The notes beneath the pieces were generated by a model. It worked only from the letters and a program-made list of their open reading frames with translations. It searched no databases and was not told where the DNA came from. The position numbers and the translations under genes were made by a program. From Thiobacillaceae bacterium (GTDB taxonomy: Bacteria > Pseudomonadota > Gammaproteobacteria > Burkholderiales > Thiobacillaceae), in assembly GCA_035635075.1 (NCBI GenBank), contig DASQBT010000130.1, forward strand, positions 20,873 to 44,872: a stretch of DNA of 24,000 bases, given 5' to 3'. Every line of letters starts with the position of its first letter. Positions within the stretch are counted from its first letter, which is position 1. Shown here one piece after another: positions 8,164 to 17,576 of the stretch.

Positions 8164-9132
8164 TCAGCCCGATGTGGTCTGCTTGCGCGTCACCCACAAG
8201 CTGGCGAACATGAACGTCGCGATGATCAGGGCGACGACCCCGAGCGACAAGCCCACCGGGATCTTGTAAGAGTCAACGATCAGCATCTTGGCGCCCACGA
8301 ACACCAGCACCATCGCCAAGCCGTATTTCAGCAGATGGAAACGGTCGGCCAGGCCGGCCAGCATGAAATACATCGCGCGCAGGCCAAGGATGGCAAAGAT
8401 GTTGGACGTGAACACGATGAAGGGGTCGGTGGTGATGGCGAAAATCGCCGGGATCGAATCGACCGCGAAGATCACGTCGGACAGTTCGATCATGACCAGC
8501 ACCAGGAACAGCGGCGTGAACAGGCGCACACCGTTTTCGAGCACCCAGAATTTCTCGCCGCGGTAGTCCGGTGTCAGCGGCAGATGACGCTTGATCCAGT
8601 TGAGCAGCGGATTCTTGCCGAGATCCGGCTCCGCCTCGGCGGCCGTCAGCATCTTGACACCGGTGACGACGAGGAAGGCGCCGAATACATAGAGAATCCA
8701 GTGGAATTCCTGCACCAGCCATGCACCCGCCAGAATCATCACGGCACGCATCGCGATCGCCCCGATCACGCCGTAGATCAGCACGCGCCGCTGGTATTCA
8801 GCCGGCACGGCGAAAAAGCCGAAAATCATCAGGAAGACGAAGATGTTGTCGACCGCGAGCGCCTTCTCGATCAAGTAGCCGGTCAGGAACTCCATCGCCT
8901 TGGCGTCGGCCACTTCACTGCCATGCGCCCCCTTGAGATTCCACCACAGCCCGAGGTTGAACAGCATGGCGAGCGAGACCCACACGACCGACCACCCTGC
9001 CGCCTCGCGGAAGCTGACCTTACGCGCCTTGTTGCCGCCGACCAGAAACAGGTCAACGGCCAGCATCACCAGCACGAAGCCAATGAACGTCGCCCACATC
9101 CAGAGCTCGCCTATATGCAGTGAAGCGTCCAT
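8164..9132 (-). CDS. TerC/Alx family integral membrane protein
   Basis: 322 aa: '[20 protein letters not shown]', '[53 protein letters not shown]', '[46 protein letters not shown]' are strong TerC signatures. Confidence 0.95.
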   Translation of the reverse strand: [322 protein letters not shown]

Positions 9133-9157
9133 GTTTTTCCTCGGGCCGGGTTAAGGC

Positions 9158-10033
9158 TTACGGCACCGCACGCAGGGCGGCAATGCGCTCTTCCAGCGGC
9201 GGATGCGTCATGAACAGGCGCCTGATCCCGCCGCCGCCACCGCCAGCGATCCCGAACGCCGCCATCTTGTCGGGCAGCGCATGCGGATGCAGACTGTTCA
9301 GGCGTTCCAACGCGGAAATCATGGCGCCCTTGCCGGCCAGGCTGGCGCCGCCGCGGTCGGCGCGGAATTCGCGCTGGCGCGAGAACCACATGACGATGAT
9401 CGACGCGAGGATGCCCAGCACCAATTCCGCCACGATCATGGTGACGAAGAATGCCGGGCCGTGGCCGTTCTCGTTCTTGAACACCACGCGGTCGACGGTG
9501 TGGCCGATCACGCGCGAGAGGAACATCACGAAGGTGTTCACCACGCCCTGGATCAGCGCCAGCGTCACCATGTCGCCGTTGGCGACATGGGCGACTTCGT
9601 GGCCGACCACCGCCCCCGCTTCCTGCCGCGTCATGGTGTTCAGAAGGCCGGACGACACCGCGACCAGCGCCTTGTTCTTGTTCATGCCGGTGGCGAAGGC
9701 GTTGGCTTCTGGCGAATCGAAAATGCCGACTTCGGGCACGCCGATGCCGGCGTCCGCTGCATATTTCTTCACGGTCTCAACCAGCCAGAACTCGGTCGAG
9801 TTCGATGGCGTCTCGATGACGCGCACACCCATCGATTTCTTTGCCATCCACTTCGAGATCGCCAGCGAGATGAGCGAGCCGCCGAAGCCCATGATTGCGG
9901 CAAAGATCAGGAGCGAGTTGAGGTTCAGCCCATTGGCGGTGAGGTAGGGCTCGATGCCCAGAATGCGCATGGTGATCGACAGCACCAGCACAATGGCCAG
10001 GTTGGTGGCGAGAAATAGCACGATTCGTTTCAC
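9158..10033 (-). CDS. htpX: HtpX-type membrane zinc metalloprotease (M48)
   Basis: '[26 protein letters not shown]' N-terminus; zinc motif HEVAH in '[33 protein letters not shown]'; '[19 protein letters not shown]', '[12 protein letters not shown]'. Start is probably GTG at 10033 rather than 10081. Confidence 0.95.
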   Translation of the reverse strand: MKRIVLFLATNLAIVLVLSITMRILGIEPYLTANGLNLNSLLIFAAIMGFGGSLISLAISKWMAKKSMGVRVIETPSNSTEFWLVETVKKYAADAGIGVPEVGIFDSPEANAFATGMNKNKALVAVSSGLLNTMTRQEAGAVVGHEVAHVANGDMVTLALIQGVVNTFVMFLSRVIGHTVDRVVFKNENGHGPAFFVTMIVAELVLGILASIIVMWFSRQREFRADRGGASLAGKGAMISALERLNSLHPHALPDKMAAFGIAGGGGGGIRRLFMTHPPLEERIAALRAVP

Positions 10034-10170
10034 GGTGAACTCCTGAATGCGAATGTTGAAAAGGCGCCGCCGCGATCGCAATGCAAATCTGTACCATGGC
10101 GGCGAACGTACTTCATGCGTTCATTTTAAGGACGAAATAACTAAATAAAAGTCGAATATATGTGGCCTAT

Positions 10171-10189
10171 AATTCGATTAATACGAATT
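10171..10189. promoter_or_regulatory. Candidate LysR-type operator: perfect dyad AATTCG-N7-CGAATT containing a T-N11-A core
   Basis: aattcgattaatacgaatt, both arms exact reverse complements, 7 bp before the nhaR-like ATG at 10197 in the AT-rich htpX/nhaR divergent region. Confidence 0.5.
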
Positions 10190-10196
10190 GTTGGCG

Positions 10197-11087
10197 ATGA
10201 ATCTCAAACACCTGCACTACTTCTGGACCGTCGCACGCACCGGCAGCGTCGCCACCGCTGCTGAGCGCTTGCATCTGACGCCACAAACAGTCAGCGCCCA
10301 GATCAAGCTGCTGGAGAATGCATTGGGTACACCCCTGTTCCAGGCGGCCGGGCGCGGCCTCAAACTCACCGAGGCGGGGCAGCTTGCGTTAGGGTATGCG
10401 GACGAAATCTTTTCTCTCAGCAATGCGCTTGAAGCGATGCTGGGTCGGCAGCACGGCGCCCCGAGCCTGCCGTTCCGGGTCGGCATCTCCGACGCGGTGC
10501 CCAAGAACATTGCTTATCGTCTGCTGGCTCCGGCAACCGAATTGACGGAGCCGGTGCGACTGATTTGCCAGGAGGGCAAGCTGGACCGCCTGCTGGCGGA
10601 ACTGGCGTTGCACCGGCTGGACATGGTGGTGGCCGACCGCCCACTGCCTAGCGGGGTGCGGGTGCGTGGCTACAACCACAAGCTGGGGGAGAGTGATGTC
10701 GCGTTCTTTGCCGCGCCCGAGCTCGCGCGCGACTGCGGTGAATTTCCGGTCTGCCTCAACGACAAGCCCCTGCTTCTGCCTGGGGAGGACTCCACCGCGC
10801 GCGGCCGTCTGGAACAGTGGCTGCAGGCCGAGCGCTTGAATCCGCGTATCGTGGGGGAGTTCGATGACGGCGCCCTGATGAAGGCCTTCGGTCAAGCAGG
10901 TCATGGCATCTTTCCGGCACCGGTGGTGCTTGCCGCCGAGGTGGCGGCACAGTATGGCGTGCGCGAAGTGGGGCGCACGGGCATGGTGCGCGAGGCCTTC
11001 TATGCAATAACTGGCGAACGACGCATCACCCATCCGGCGGTACGCACCGTCACCGAAGCAGCTCGGGACAGCCTGTTTTCAGGCTGA
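10197..11087 (+). CDS. nhaR: LysR-type transcriptional regulator, NhaR-like
   Basis: 'MNLKHLHYFWTVARTGSVATAAERLHLTPQTVSAQIKLLENALGTPLFQAAGRGLKLTEAGQLALGYADEIFSL' follows the NhaR N-terminal pattern. ATG at 10197 preferred over TTG at 10188. Confidence 0.85.
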   Translation: MNLKHLHYFWTVARTGSVATAAERLHLTPQTVSAQIKLLENALGTPLFQAAGRGLKLTEAGQLALGYADEIFSLSNALEAMLGRQHGAPSLPFRVGISDAVPKNIAYRLLAPATELTEPVRLICQEGKLDRLLAELALHRLDMVVADRPLPSGVRVRGYNHKLGESDVAFFAAPELARDCGEFPVCLNDKPLLLPGEDSTARGRLEQWLQAERLNPRIVGEFDDGALMKAFGQAGHGIFPAPVVLAAEVAAQYGVREVGRTGMVREAFYAITGERRITHPAVRTVTEAARDSLFSG

Positions 11088-11206
11088 GCGCGTTCCCCGC
11101 GAATCGGCGCTGCCGTCTTGCGGCCTAGACTTGCGTACGCAGGTTGGTCTGCTAGCCAGTCCCCGCTGCCGTGCCTTCGGCAAACGTGATGGAAATTGCA
11201 GGCACT

Positions 11207-13564
11207 TCACCGCGTCAGCCCCGCATAGAGGAGCGGAAGCTTTTCCGGAAGCCGTTGCACATGATCGACCACCATGTAGTTCTTCTGCCCGAAGATGCGC
11301 GAGACGTAGTTGTCGGCGCGCGGATCAAGGCTCATGCAATAGGTTATGACGCCGTTGCGGGCAACTTCCTCCACCGCTTTCTTGGTGTCGTAGCGCAGGT
11401 ACTGCGGGTCTCGCACGTCGATGTCAGCCGGCTCGCCGTCAGTGATGACGATCAGCAGTCTCTTGGCCGAGCGCTGCAGTTTCAGGTGATGCCCGGCGTG
11501 GCGTATCGCCGCACCCATGCGGGTTGAGAGCTGGCCGGTCATGCCGGCGAGCTTGGCCTTGGGTTCTTCGTCCCAATGCTGGTCAAAGTCCTTGAAGCGG
11601 TAGTACTCGACATCGTGGCGGCCGTCCGAGCAGAAACCATGGATGGCGAACGGATCGCCGACCTTGTTGATCGCGTCGGCGAGCAACACGCAGGCTTGCT
11701 GGGTAAGCTCGCGCACCGAGTACTCCTGATCCTGAACTTTTTCATTGGTCGATTCGGACAAGTCGAGCAGCACCAGGATGGAGAAGTCGCGCGTTTTCCT
11801 CACCGAACGCATCATGATGCGCGGGTCGGGCTGGTTGCCCAGCCGGATGTCGATAAAGCTGGCGATCGCCGCGTTGATGTCGATTTCGTCGCCGTCCTCC
11901 AGCTTGCGGATGCGCTGCACGCCCTGCGGCTGCATGGCGTCGAGCAGGAATTTCATGCGGTGGATCTCGCGCCTGTACTTGGCAGTGATCTCGTCGATCA
12001 CCTGCAGGTCGCCCGCCTTGACGCGCTTTTCCTGCACCGTTGCCCAGGCGGGTCGCTCAAGCTGGATCTGGTAATCCCACTCCGAATAGTGGAAGGGATC
12101 GGACATCGGCTCCTTGCCTTCCAGCTCGTTGAAAGACTTACCGCCGTTTTCGTCGCCGATATTCTCGTAGGGGTACAGCTCGGTGCCGAGCACCCAGATT
12201 TCCTCGGCATCGTCGCCGGCAGTTTCGACGTCGATCTCATTCGCCATTTCCATGACGTTGACGTATTTGCGCACCTGCTTGACAGGTTCGTACCCGGCGG
12301 TGGCGGCCTTGTCGAAATCGAATTCCTCGAATTCCCAGAAATAGCGGTTGTCGTCGCGGTAGGGCGCGGTGAGGATGTCGGTGCGCGGATTGAACGGGAT
12401 TCTCTTTTGCGCGAGGCTGTGCGAGAGCGCAACGCCGATTTCCCACGAGAGCTTGTGCGACCCGAGCCTGTCTTGCGCGGCCGTGAACAGCGCGCGGCCT
12501 TCCTTGATCCAAAGGTCATCGTCGACGTAGGTTTCGTCCAGCAGGGCACGCGCCAGGCGGTTGAGGTAGTCACCCACGCTTGCGTTCATGACCGGCGTGG
12601 CGGTGTGAAACTGCGCCCACATCTGCTTCAGGCCGGGAAAGCGGCGGATCGACATGGCTTCGACTCGCGCATCCTCGATCGCCGAAATCACCGCCATTTG
12701 CAGCGGGTTAAGTGCTTCAGCGGAAATCGGCTCTTTCGTTTCAACTACGTGCGCGGCGCAGTGCGCGGCGGTGGCGCGATAGAGTTCAAGGCCGCTGACC
12801 GGATCGCGCCCCTCAGGCGCAAAGTCGTCGAAGGCGTCGGGCAGGTGCAGCAGGTAATCCTCGATATAAGGCTTGTAGCCTTCGCGCAATTCGAAATCGC
12901 CGGAGGTCGGGCGCATGAAGAAGTCGCGCGCCCAGAGCGCCCGCAGATACATGTTGATCCGGCGCTGCACGTCCACCAAGAGCGTGCCCTTGCGCTCCTT
13001 CTGCAGCATGGCCAGCGACTCTTTCGATTCGAGGCCGAAGTACTTGATCTGCTCTTCATAGCTGGTGCGGTGGGCATGCGCGCCCCACAGGGCCCAGCGG
13101 CGCAGGCCGCCCAGCGTGAGGTGCTGGAACAGCACCTCCAGCTTGTCGAGCATGGGCCGCACGCCGCGTGGTGCCTGTGCGATCAGGGTATTGATGAACT
13201 TCAGGTAGTTGATGAAAAGTTGCGCGTCGCCCAGGCGGTTGGCCGCCGTCGGCGCGGTGGCAAGCAACAGTTCGATCACCGCGCCCGAGGTCTTGGATGC
13301 CAGCAGCAGCGAAGCTGTCGCCAGCTCGCCGACGACGTCCTCGCCGACCTCCTTGGCCACGCGCGGCGCTTCCTGAATCCAGGTCTCCACCAGCGAATCG
13401 CCGCGGCCCAGGCCACGTATGGCCGACACGCCCTTCAGGTAATTGTCCAGGCCGCGCGGCGAGAACACCTTGGTGGCATCGTGCCAGGCCGCGTTCAATG
13501 CAGCCCGGCTGTGCTCGGACAGGTCTTCCAGCAGTTCGGCGTAGTCAGCGAGATTGATCGACAT
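11207..13564 (-). CDS. cbbO: CbbO, von Willebrand factor A domain protein, RuBisCO activase component (NorD/CbbO family)
   Basis: 785 aa with C-terminal VWA domain 'FSILVLLDLSESTNEKVQDQEYSVRELTQQACVLLADAINKVGDPFAIHGFCSDG...LIVITDGEPADIDVRDPQYL', downstream of cbbQ. Confidence 0.93.
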   Translation of the reverse strand: MSINLADYAELLEDLSEHSRAALNAAWHDATKVFSPRGLDNYLKGVSAIRGLGRGDSLVETWIQEAPRVAKEVGEDVVGELATASLLLASKTSGAVIELLLATAPTAANRLGDAQLFINYLKFINTLIAQAPRGVRPMLDKLEVLFQHLTLGGLRRWALWGAHAHRTSYEEQIKYFGLESKESLAMLQKERKGTLLVDVQRRINMYLRALWARDFFMRPTSGDFELREGYKPYIEDYLLHLPDAFDDFAPEGRDPVSGLELYRATAAHCAAHVVETKEPISAEALNPLQMAVISAIEDARVEAMSIRRFPGLKQMWAQFHTATPVMNASVGDYLNRLARALLDETYVDDDLWIKEGRALFTAAQDRLGSHKLSWEIGVALSHSLAQKRIPFNPRTDILTAPYRDDNRYFWEFEEFDFDKAATAGYEPVKQVRKYVNVMEMANEIDVETAGDDAEEIWVLGTELYPYENIGDENGGKSFNELEGKEPMSDPFHYSEWDYQIQLERPAWATVQEKRVKAGDLQVIDEITAKYRREIHRMKFLLDAMQPQGVQRIRKLEDGDEIDINAAIASFIDIRLGNQPDPRIMMRSVRKTRDFSILVLLDLSESTNEKVQDQEYSVRELTQQACVLLADAINKVGDPFAIHGFCSDGRHDVEYYRFKDFDQHWDEEPKAKLAGMTGQLSTRMGAAIRHAGHHLKLQRSAKRLLIVITDGEPADIDVRDPQYLRYDTKKAVEEVARNGVITYCMSLDPRADNYVSRIFGQKNYMVVDHVQRLPEKLPLLYAGLTR

Positions 13565-13582
13565 GGTCTTGGAAGGCGTTAG

Positions 13583-13651
13583 GAGTGAGGTGTCAGGCGT
13601 GAGGGGGTGTTCGGTTTTACGCCGTGCCCCTTTACCCCTTACACCTCACGC
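13583..13651 (-). repeat. Long imperfect inverted repeat in the cbbQ-cbbO spacer (25-nt arms 13583-13607 and 13627-13651, 19-nt loop)
   Basis: Arms match at about 20 of 25 positions, with a perfect 9-bp core gtgaggtgt (13585-13593) / acacctcac (13641-13649). Confidence 0.7.
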
Positions 13652-13653
13652 AT

Positions 13654-14457
13654 TCAAAAGAACGTCGATACCGCCGCGTCCAGCGCATCGCGCATGTCGG
13701 GGTCGTCAGTGATCGGACGCACCAGCGCGACACGGCAGGCGGCCTGGGGCACGACGCCCTTGGCAATCAGCGAGCCGGCGTAGATCAGCATGCGGGTGGA
13801 CAGTCCTTCATCGAGGCCATGGCCTTTGAGGTTGCGTGAACGCTCGGCAATGGACACCAGCTTGCCCGCCACGTCGGTGTCAATTGCGGCTTCGTGGGCA
13901 ACGATCTCGGTTTCGATGGCGTGCTCAGGATAGGTGAAGTCCAGGGCGCCGAAACGCTGCTTGGTGGACTGTTTCAGGTCCTTCATCAAGGACTGGTAGC
14001 CCGGGTTGTAGGAAATCACAATCTGGAAATCCGGGTGTGCGGAGACCAACTCGCCCTTCTTTTCCAGTGGCAGGACACGGCGGTTGTCGGTCAAGGGGTG
14101 AATAACCACGGTGGTATCCTGGCGCGCTTCAACCACTTCATCCAGATAGCAAATCGCCCCATGACGCGCGGCAAGCGCGAGTGGCCCGTCCTGCCACTGG
14201 GTGCCCTGGGCGGAGAGGAGGAAGCGGCCCACCAGGTCGGATGCCGTCATGTCTTCGTTGCAGGCCACCGTGATCAGCGGCTTGTCGAGCTTCCAGGCCA
14301 TGTATTCGACGAAGCGCGTCTTGCCGCAGCCGGTGGGGCCTTTCAACATCATGGGCATGCGCACCGAATAGGCGGCTTGATAAAGTTCTACCTCGTCGGC
14401 AACGGCGCGGTAATACGGTTCCTTGCTGATGCGGTATTGGTCGATGATGTTAGGCAT
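13654..14457 (-). CDS. cbbQ: CbbQ, MoxR-type AAA+ ATPase, RuBisCO activase component
   Basis: 'MPNIIDQYRISKEPYYRAVADEVELYQAAYSVRMPMMLKGPTGCGKTRFVEYMAWKL' (Walker A), 'GAICYLDEVVEARQDTTVVIHPLTDNRR' (Walker B region). Start moved from 14505 to ATG 14457 to match the family N-terminus. Confidence 0.95.
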   Translation of the reverse strand: MPNIIDQYRISKEPYYRAVADEVELYQAAYSVRMPMMLKGPTGCGKTRFVEYMAWKLDKPLITVACNEDMTASDLVGRFLLSAQGTQWQDGPLALAARHGAICYLDEVVEARQDTTVVIHPLTDNRRVLPLEKKGELVSAHPDFQIVISYNPGYQSLMKDLKQSTKQRFGALDFTYPEHAIETEIVAHEAAIDTDVAGKLVSIAERSRNLKGHGLDEGLSTRMLIYAGSLIAKGVVPQAACRVALVRPITDDPDMRDALDAAVSTFF

Positions 14458-14574
14458 ATTGAATTCGGCTTTCAACTCTTGTGGAGTGAAGGTTTGAAAC
14501 GTCACGCCGCCGGCCTGGCATCGGTTGGCTTCGGGTCACATTCCATCTTTCACGATTGACGAGGCAGAAACAAG

Positions 14575-14606
14575 AAGCCCCCGCGCCCAGCGGGCGACGG
14601 GGGCTT
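14575..14606 (-). terminator. Strong stem-loop between cbbS and cbbQ; intercistronic terminator, attenuator or RNA-processing element
   Basis: aagcccccg-cgccc-agc-gggcg-a-cgggggctt: 9-bp outer and 5-bp inner perfect stems with one bulge, 3-nt loop. On the minus strand the stem is followed by CTTGTTTCTG, a weak U-rich stretch. About 20 nt after the cbbS stop. Confidence 0.75.
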
Positions 14607-14625
14607 TACGGTCTCCCGTCGCGGC

Positions 14626-14982
14626 TTAGACGGTCTTGCCGCGGTAGATCACCATGGCGGTGCCTTGCGACTGGGCGAAGTTGTCATAGCCGACCAGGCG
14701 AACGTGGTTGTTCGGGTTGGCTTTGTGACAGGCTTCGGCCTCGGCCAGGATGCGCTCGACGTCGGTCTCACCGAACATGGGCAGCTTCCACATGTACCAG
14801 TAGTTGTCCATCAAATTCTCGGGCTCGGTGTGCTCGATCGCCGGGTTCCAGCCTTTTTTTACGATGTACTCGACCTGCTTCTTCATTTGCTCGGTACTCA
14901 TGGCAGGCAGATAGGAAAAGGTTTCGAACTTGCGGCTGGCGGGGTCGCTCAGTCGGCTCTTGTAATCCAGCATTTCAGACAT
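14626..14982 (-). CDS. cbbS: Ribulose-1,5-bisphosphate carboxylase/oxygenase small subunit, form I
   Basis: 118 aa: '[97 protein letters not shown]'. Confidence 0.98.
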   Translation of the reverse strand: MSEMLDYKSRLSDPASRKFETFSYLPAMSTEQMKKQVEYIVKKGWNPAIEHTEPENLMDNYWYMWKLPMFGETDVERILAEAEACHKANPNNHVRLVGYDNFAQSQGTAMVIYRGKTV

Positions 14983-15042
14983 TTCTTACTCCTGATAATC
15001 GGTTGTAATCCGGCGCACGCCCGGTGCACCGCAATGCGTCTA

Positions 15043-16464
15043 TTACTTATGGGACACGTCCAGCTTGTCGACAGTGTCGAACTCGAACTTGATCTCTTTC
15101 CACGTTTCCATGGCGATCTTCAGTTCGGGCGAGGACTTGGCAGCGTTGGTCAGGATGGCCTTGCCTTCCCTCTCGATCTGCACGCCCTGGTTGCGGGCTT
15201 CCACACAGGCTTCCAACGCCACGCGGTTGGCGGCAGCGCCAGCGGCGTTGCCCCACGGGTGGCCCAGGGTGCCGCCGCCGAACTGCAGGCAGGCGTCGTC
15301 ACCGAAGATGGCGACCAGCGCGGGCATGTGCCACACGTGGATGCCGCCGCTTGCTACCGGGAACACGCCGGGCATCGAACCCCAATCCTGGTCGAAGAAG
15401 ATGCCGCGGCTGCGGTCTTCCTTGATGAAGCTGTCCCGCATGATGTCGATCCAGCCCAGGGTCGCTTCGCGGTCGCCTTCCAGTTTGCCGACGACGGTGC
15501 CGGAGTGCAGATGGTCGCCGCCCGACAGGCGCAGGATCTTGGCCAGCACGCGGAAGTGGATGCCGTGGTGGGGGTTGCGGTCCAGCACGGCATGCATGGC
15601 GCGGTGGATGTGCAGCAGGATGCCGTTGTCGCGGCACCAGTTGGCCAGGCCGGTGTTGGCGCAGAAGCCGCCGGTGATGTAGTCGTGCATGATTATGGGT
15701 GCGCCGATTTCCTTGGCATACTCGGCACGCTTGTACATCTCTTCCGGGGTCGGCGCGGTCACGTTGAGATAGTGGCCCTTGCGCTCGCCGGTCTCGCGTT
15801 CGGCCTTGTGGATAGCTTCCATCACGAAGTCGAAACGCTGGCGCCAACGCATGAAGGGCTGGGAGTTGACGTTCTCGTCGTCCTTGGTCAGGTCCAGGCC
15901 GCCGCGCAGGCACTCGTACACGGCACGGCCGTAGTTCTTGGCGGACAGGCCGAGTTTAGGCTTGATGGTGCAACCCAGCAGGGCGCGGCCGTATTTGTTG
16001 AGCATGTCGCGCTCAACCTGGATGCCGTGGGGCGGACCGCCGCAAGTCTTCACGTAGGCGATGGGGAAGCGCACGTCTTCCAAGCGCAGGGCGCGGATCG
16101 CCTTGAAGCCGAATACGTTGCCCACCAGGGAGGTGAACACGTTCACCACCGAGCCTTCTTCGAACAGGTCGATCGGGTAGGCTACGAAGGCATAGAAGCA
16201 GGTGTCGTCCCCGGGCACGTCTTCAATGCGGTAGGCGCGGCCCTTGTAGTAGTCCAGGTCGGTCAGCAGGTCGGTCCACACCGTGGTCCAGGTGCCGGTG
16301 GAGGATTCGGCGGCCACTGCGGCGGCGGCTTCTTCACGGTCCACACCAGGCTGAGGGGTAATCTTGAAGCAGGCGAGGATGTCGGTATCCAGCGGCGTAT
16401 ATTCCGGCATCCAGTAAGTCTGGCGATATTCCTTTACGCCAGCGTTGTAGGTTTTTACGGCCAT
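15043..16464 (-). CDS. cbbL: Ribulose-1,5-bisphosphate carboxylase/oxygenase large subunit, form IA-like
   Basis: 473 aa; active-site lysine regions '[48 protein letters not shown]', '[46 protein letters not shown]'. Confidence 0.99.
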   Translation of the reverse strand: MAVKTYNAGVKEYRQTYWMPEYTPLDTDILACFKITPQPGVDREEAAAAVAAESSTGTWTTVWTDLLTDLDYYKGRAYRIEDVPGDDTCFYAFVAYPIDLFEEGSVVNVFTSLVGNVFGFKAIRALRLEDVRFPIAYVKTCGGPPHGIQVERDMLNKYGRALLGCTIKPKLGLSAKNYGRAVYECLRGGLDLTKDDENVNSQPFMRWRQRFDFVMEAIHKAERETGERKGHYLNVTAPTPEEMYKRAEYAKEIGAPIIMHDYITGGFCANTGLANWCRDNGILLHIHRAMHAVLDRNPHHGIHFRVLAKILRLSGGDHLHSGTVVGKLEGDREATLGWIDIMRDSFIKEDRSRGIFFDQDWGSMPGVFPVASGGIHVWHMPALVAIFGDDACLQFGGGTLGHPWGNAAGAAANRVALEACVEARNQGVQIEREGKAILTNAAKSSPELKIAMETWKEIKFEFDTVDKLDVSHK

Positions 16465-16595
16465 TGCATTCTCCTTGAATGAAAAGGTGACCCATCCTAG
16501 CCCTGGACAGACAGAGTTGGCGCAGCGCTCTAGACAGTGGCAGGGAGTCTAACCAGCATTTAATATAAACAACAGTCAAAGATTTTGATTATATG

Positions 16596-16613
16596 CATAA
16601 GTCGCAGCTTATG
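16596..16613. promoter_or_regulatory. Candidate CbbR operator: perfect inverted repeat CATAAG-N6-CTTATG in the cbbR/cbbL divergent intergenic region
   Basis: cataagtcgcagcttatg, arms exact reverse complements; contains TAA-N8-TTA. Located 15 bp before the cbbR ATG and about 130 bp before cbbL. Confidence 0.5.
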
Positions 16614-16628
16614 ATTTAATCTTCTTCA

Positions 16629-17576
16629 ATGCTACATATAACCTTGCGCCAACTAAGAGTCTTTGAAGCTGTTGCACGGCACCTATCCTATTCCAAGGCG
16701 GCCAGAGAGCTTCATCTTACCCAGCCGGCTGTTTCCATGCAGGTGCGCAGTCTGGAGGAAAGCGTGGGCCTGCCCCTGACGGAGCAGTTGGGGAAGCGAA
16801 TATTCCTCACTGAAGCGGGCCGGGAAGTTTTCCACTATAGCCATAACATTGCCGGGCTGCTAACCGATATGGAAGCTGTCCTCACCGGCCTCAAAGGCCT
16901 GAAGCAGGGCAACTTGAAAATTGCCGTCGCATCCACCGCTAACTACTATTCCACGCAGCTGCTCACACGTTTTCGCGCGATTCACCCGACCATCACCATT
17001 AATCTGGATGTGACCAATCGACAGTCCATCATTGCCCAGCTGGTCGCGAATCAAATCGACCTGGCCATCATGGGCCTCCCGCCCGAGGGCCTGGGCCTGC
17101 AGACGGAATCCTTTATGGAGAATCCCCTGGTGATGATTGCGCCGCCGACTCATCGCCTCGCCGGAAAGAAAGCGATCCCGTTGGGGGATCTGGCGCAAGA
17201 AAGCTTTGTAGTGCGGGAAGAAGGCTCTGGAACACGCGGCGCCATGGAGCGCTTCTTTCGCGAGCACGGTCTAAGTCCTCGCCTGGAATTGGTAATGAGC
17301 ACGAACGAGGCCATCAAGGAAGCTGTACAGGCCGGCATGGGGCTCGCGGTGGTGTCAATGCACACCGTATTACTGGAGTTGGAAACCTCCCGCCTGGTCG
17401 TCCTTCCGGTTGAGCACTTTCCTATCATTCGTCACTGGTATGTGGTGCAACGAGAAGGCAAACACTTGTCCGCGGTGGCGCAGGCATTCAAGGAATTCTT
17501 GCTTACGCATCCCTTGCCGCTCGCCAGCCTTCGGACCAAGTGGAAGCCTCCTCCAGAAGAGCCGGGTTTGGTTTGA
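16629..17576 (+). CDS. cbbR: LysR-type regulator CbbR of the divergent RuBisCO operon
   Basis: 315 aa: 'MLHITLRQLRVFEAVARHLSYSKAARELHLTQPAVSMQVRSLEESVGLPLTEQLGKRIFLTEAGREVFHYS', with 'VREEGSGTRGAMERFF' effector-domain motif; divergent from cbbL. Confidence 0.95.
   Translation: MLHITLRQLRVFEAVARHLSYSKAARELHLTQPAVSMQVRSLEESVGLPLTEQLGKRIFLTEAGREVFHYSHNIAGLLTDMEAVLTGLKGLKQGNLKIAVASTANYYSTQLLTRFRAIHPTITINLDVTNRQSIIAQLVANQIDLAIMGLPPEGLGLQTESFMENPLVMIAPPTHRLAGKKAIPLGDLAQESFVVREEGSGTRGAMERFFREHGLSPRLELVMSTNEAIKEAVQAGMGLAVVSMHTVLLELETSRLVVLPVEHFPIIRHWYVVQREGKHLSAVAQAFKEFLLTHPLPLASLRTKWKPPPEEPGLV

Noticed and set aside
7864-9123. 419-aa plus-strand ORF over the terC region
   Set aside because: Antisense to a strong TerC match; His/Glu-rich translation typical of a reverse-frame artefact.
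9120-10018. Plus-strand ORFs (275 and 271 aa) over the htpX region
   Set aside because: Antisense to an HEXXH-containing HtpX homolog; low-complexity artefactual translations.
11132-11141. TGCGTACGCA palindrome between nhaR-like and cbbO genes
   Set aside because: Ten-bp isolated palindrome with no adjacent repeat or promoter context; not distinguishable from chance.
11576-13582. 668-aa plus-strand ORF antisense to cbbO
   Set aside because: Shadow frame of a clear VWA-domain CbbO gene, no domain signature.
13894-14559. 221-aa plus-strand ORF over cbbQ
   Set aside because: Antisense to a Walker A/B-containing CbbQ; no independent support.
14665-16482. 605-aa plus-strand ORF spanning cbbS-cbbL
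   Set aside because: Antisense to two unambiguous RuBisCO genes; long shadow ORFs are common in GC-rich codon usage and the translation has no recognisable domain.
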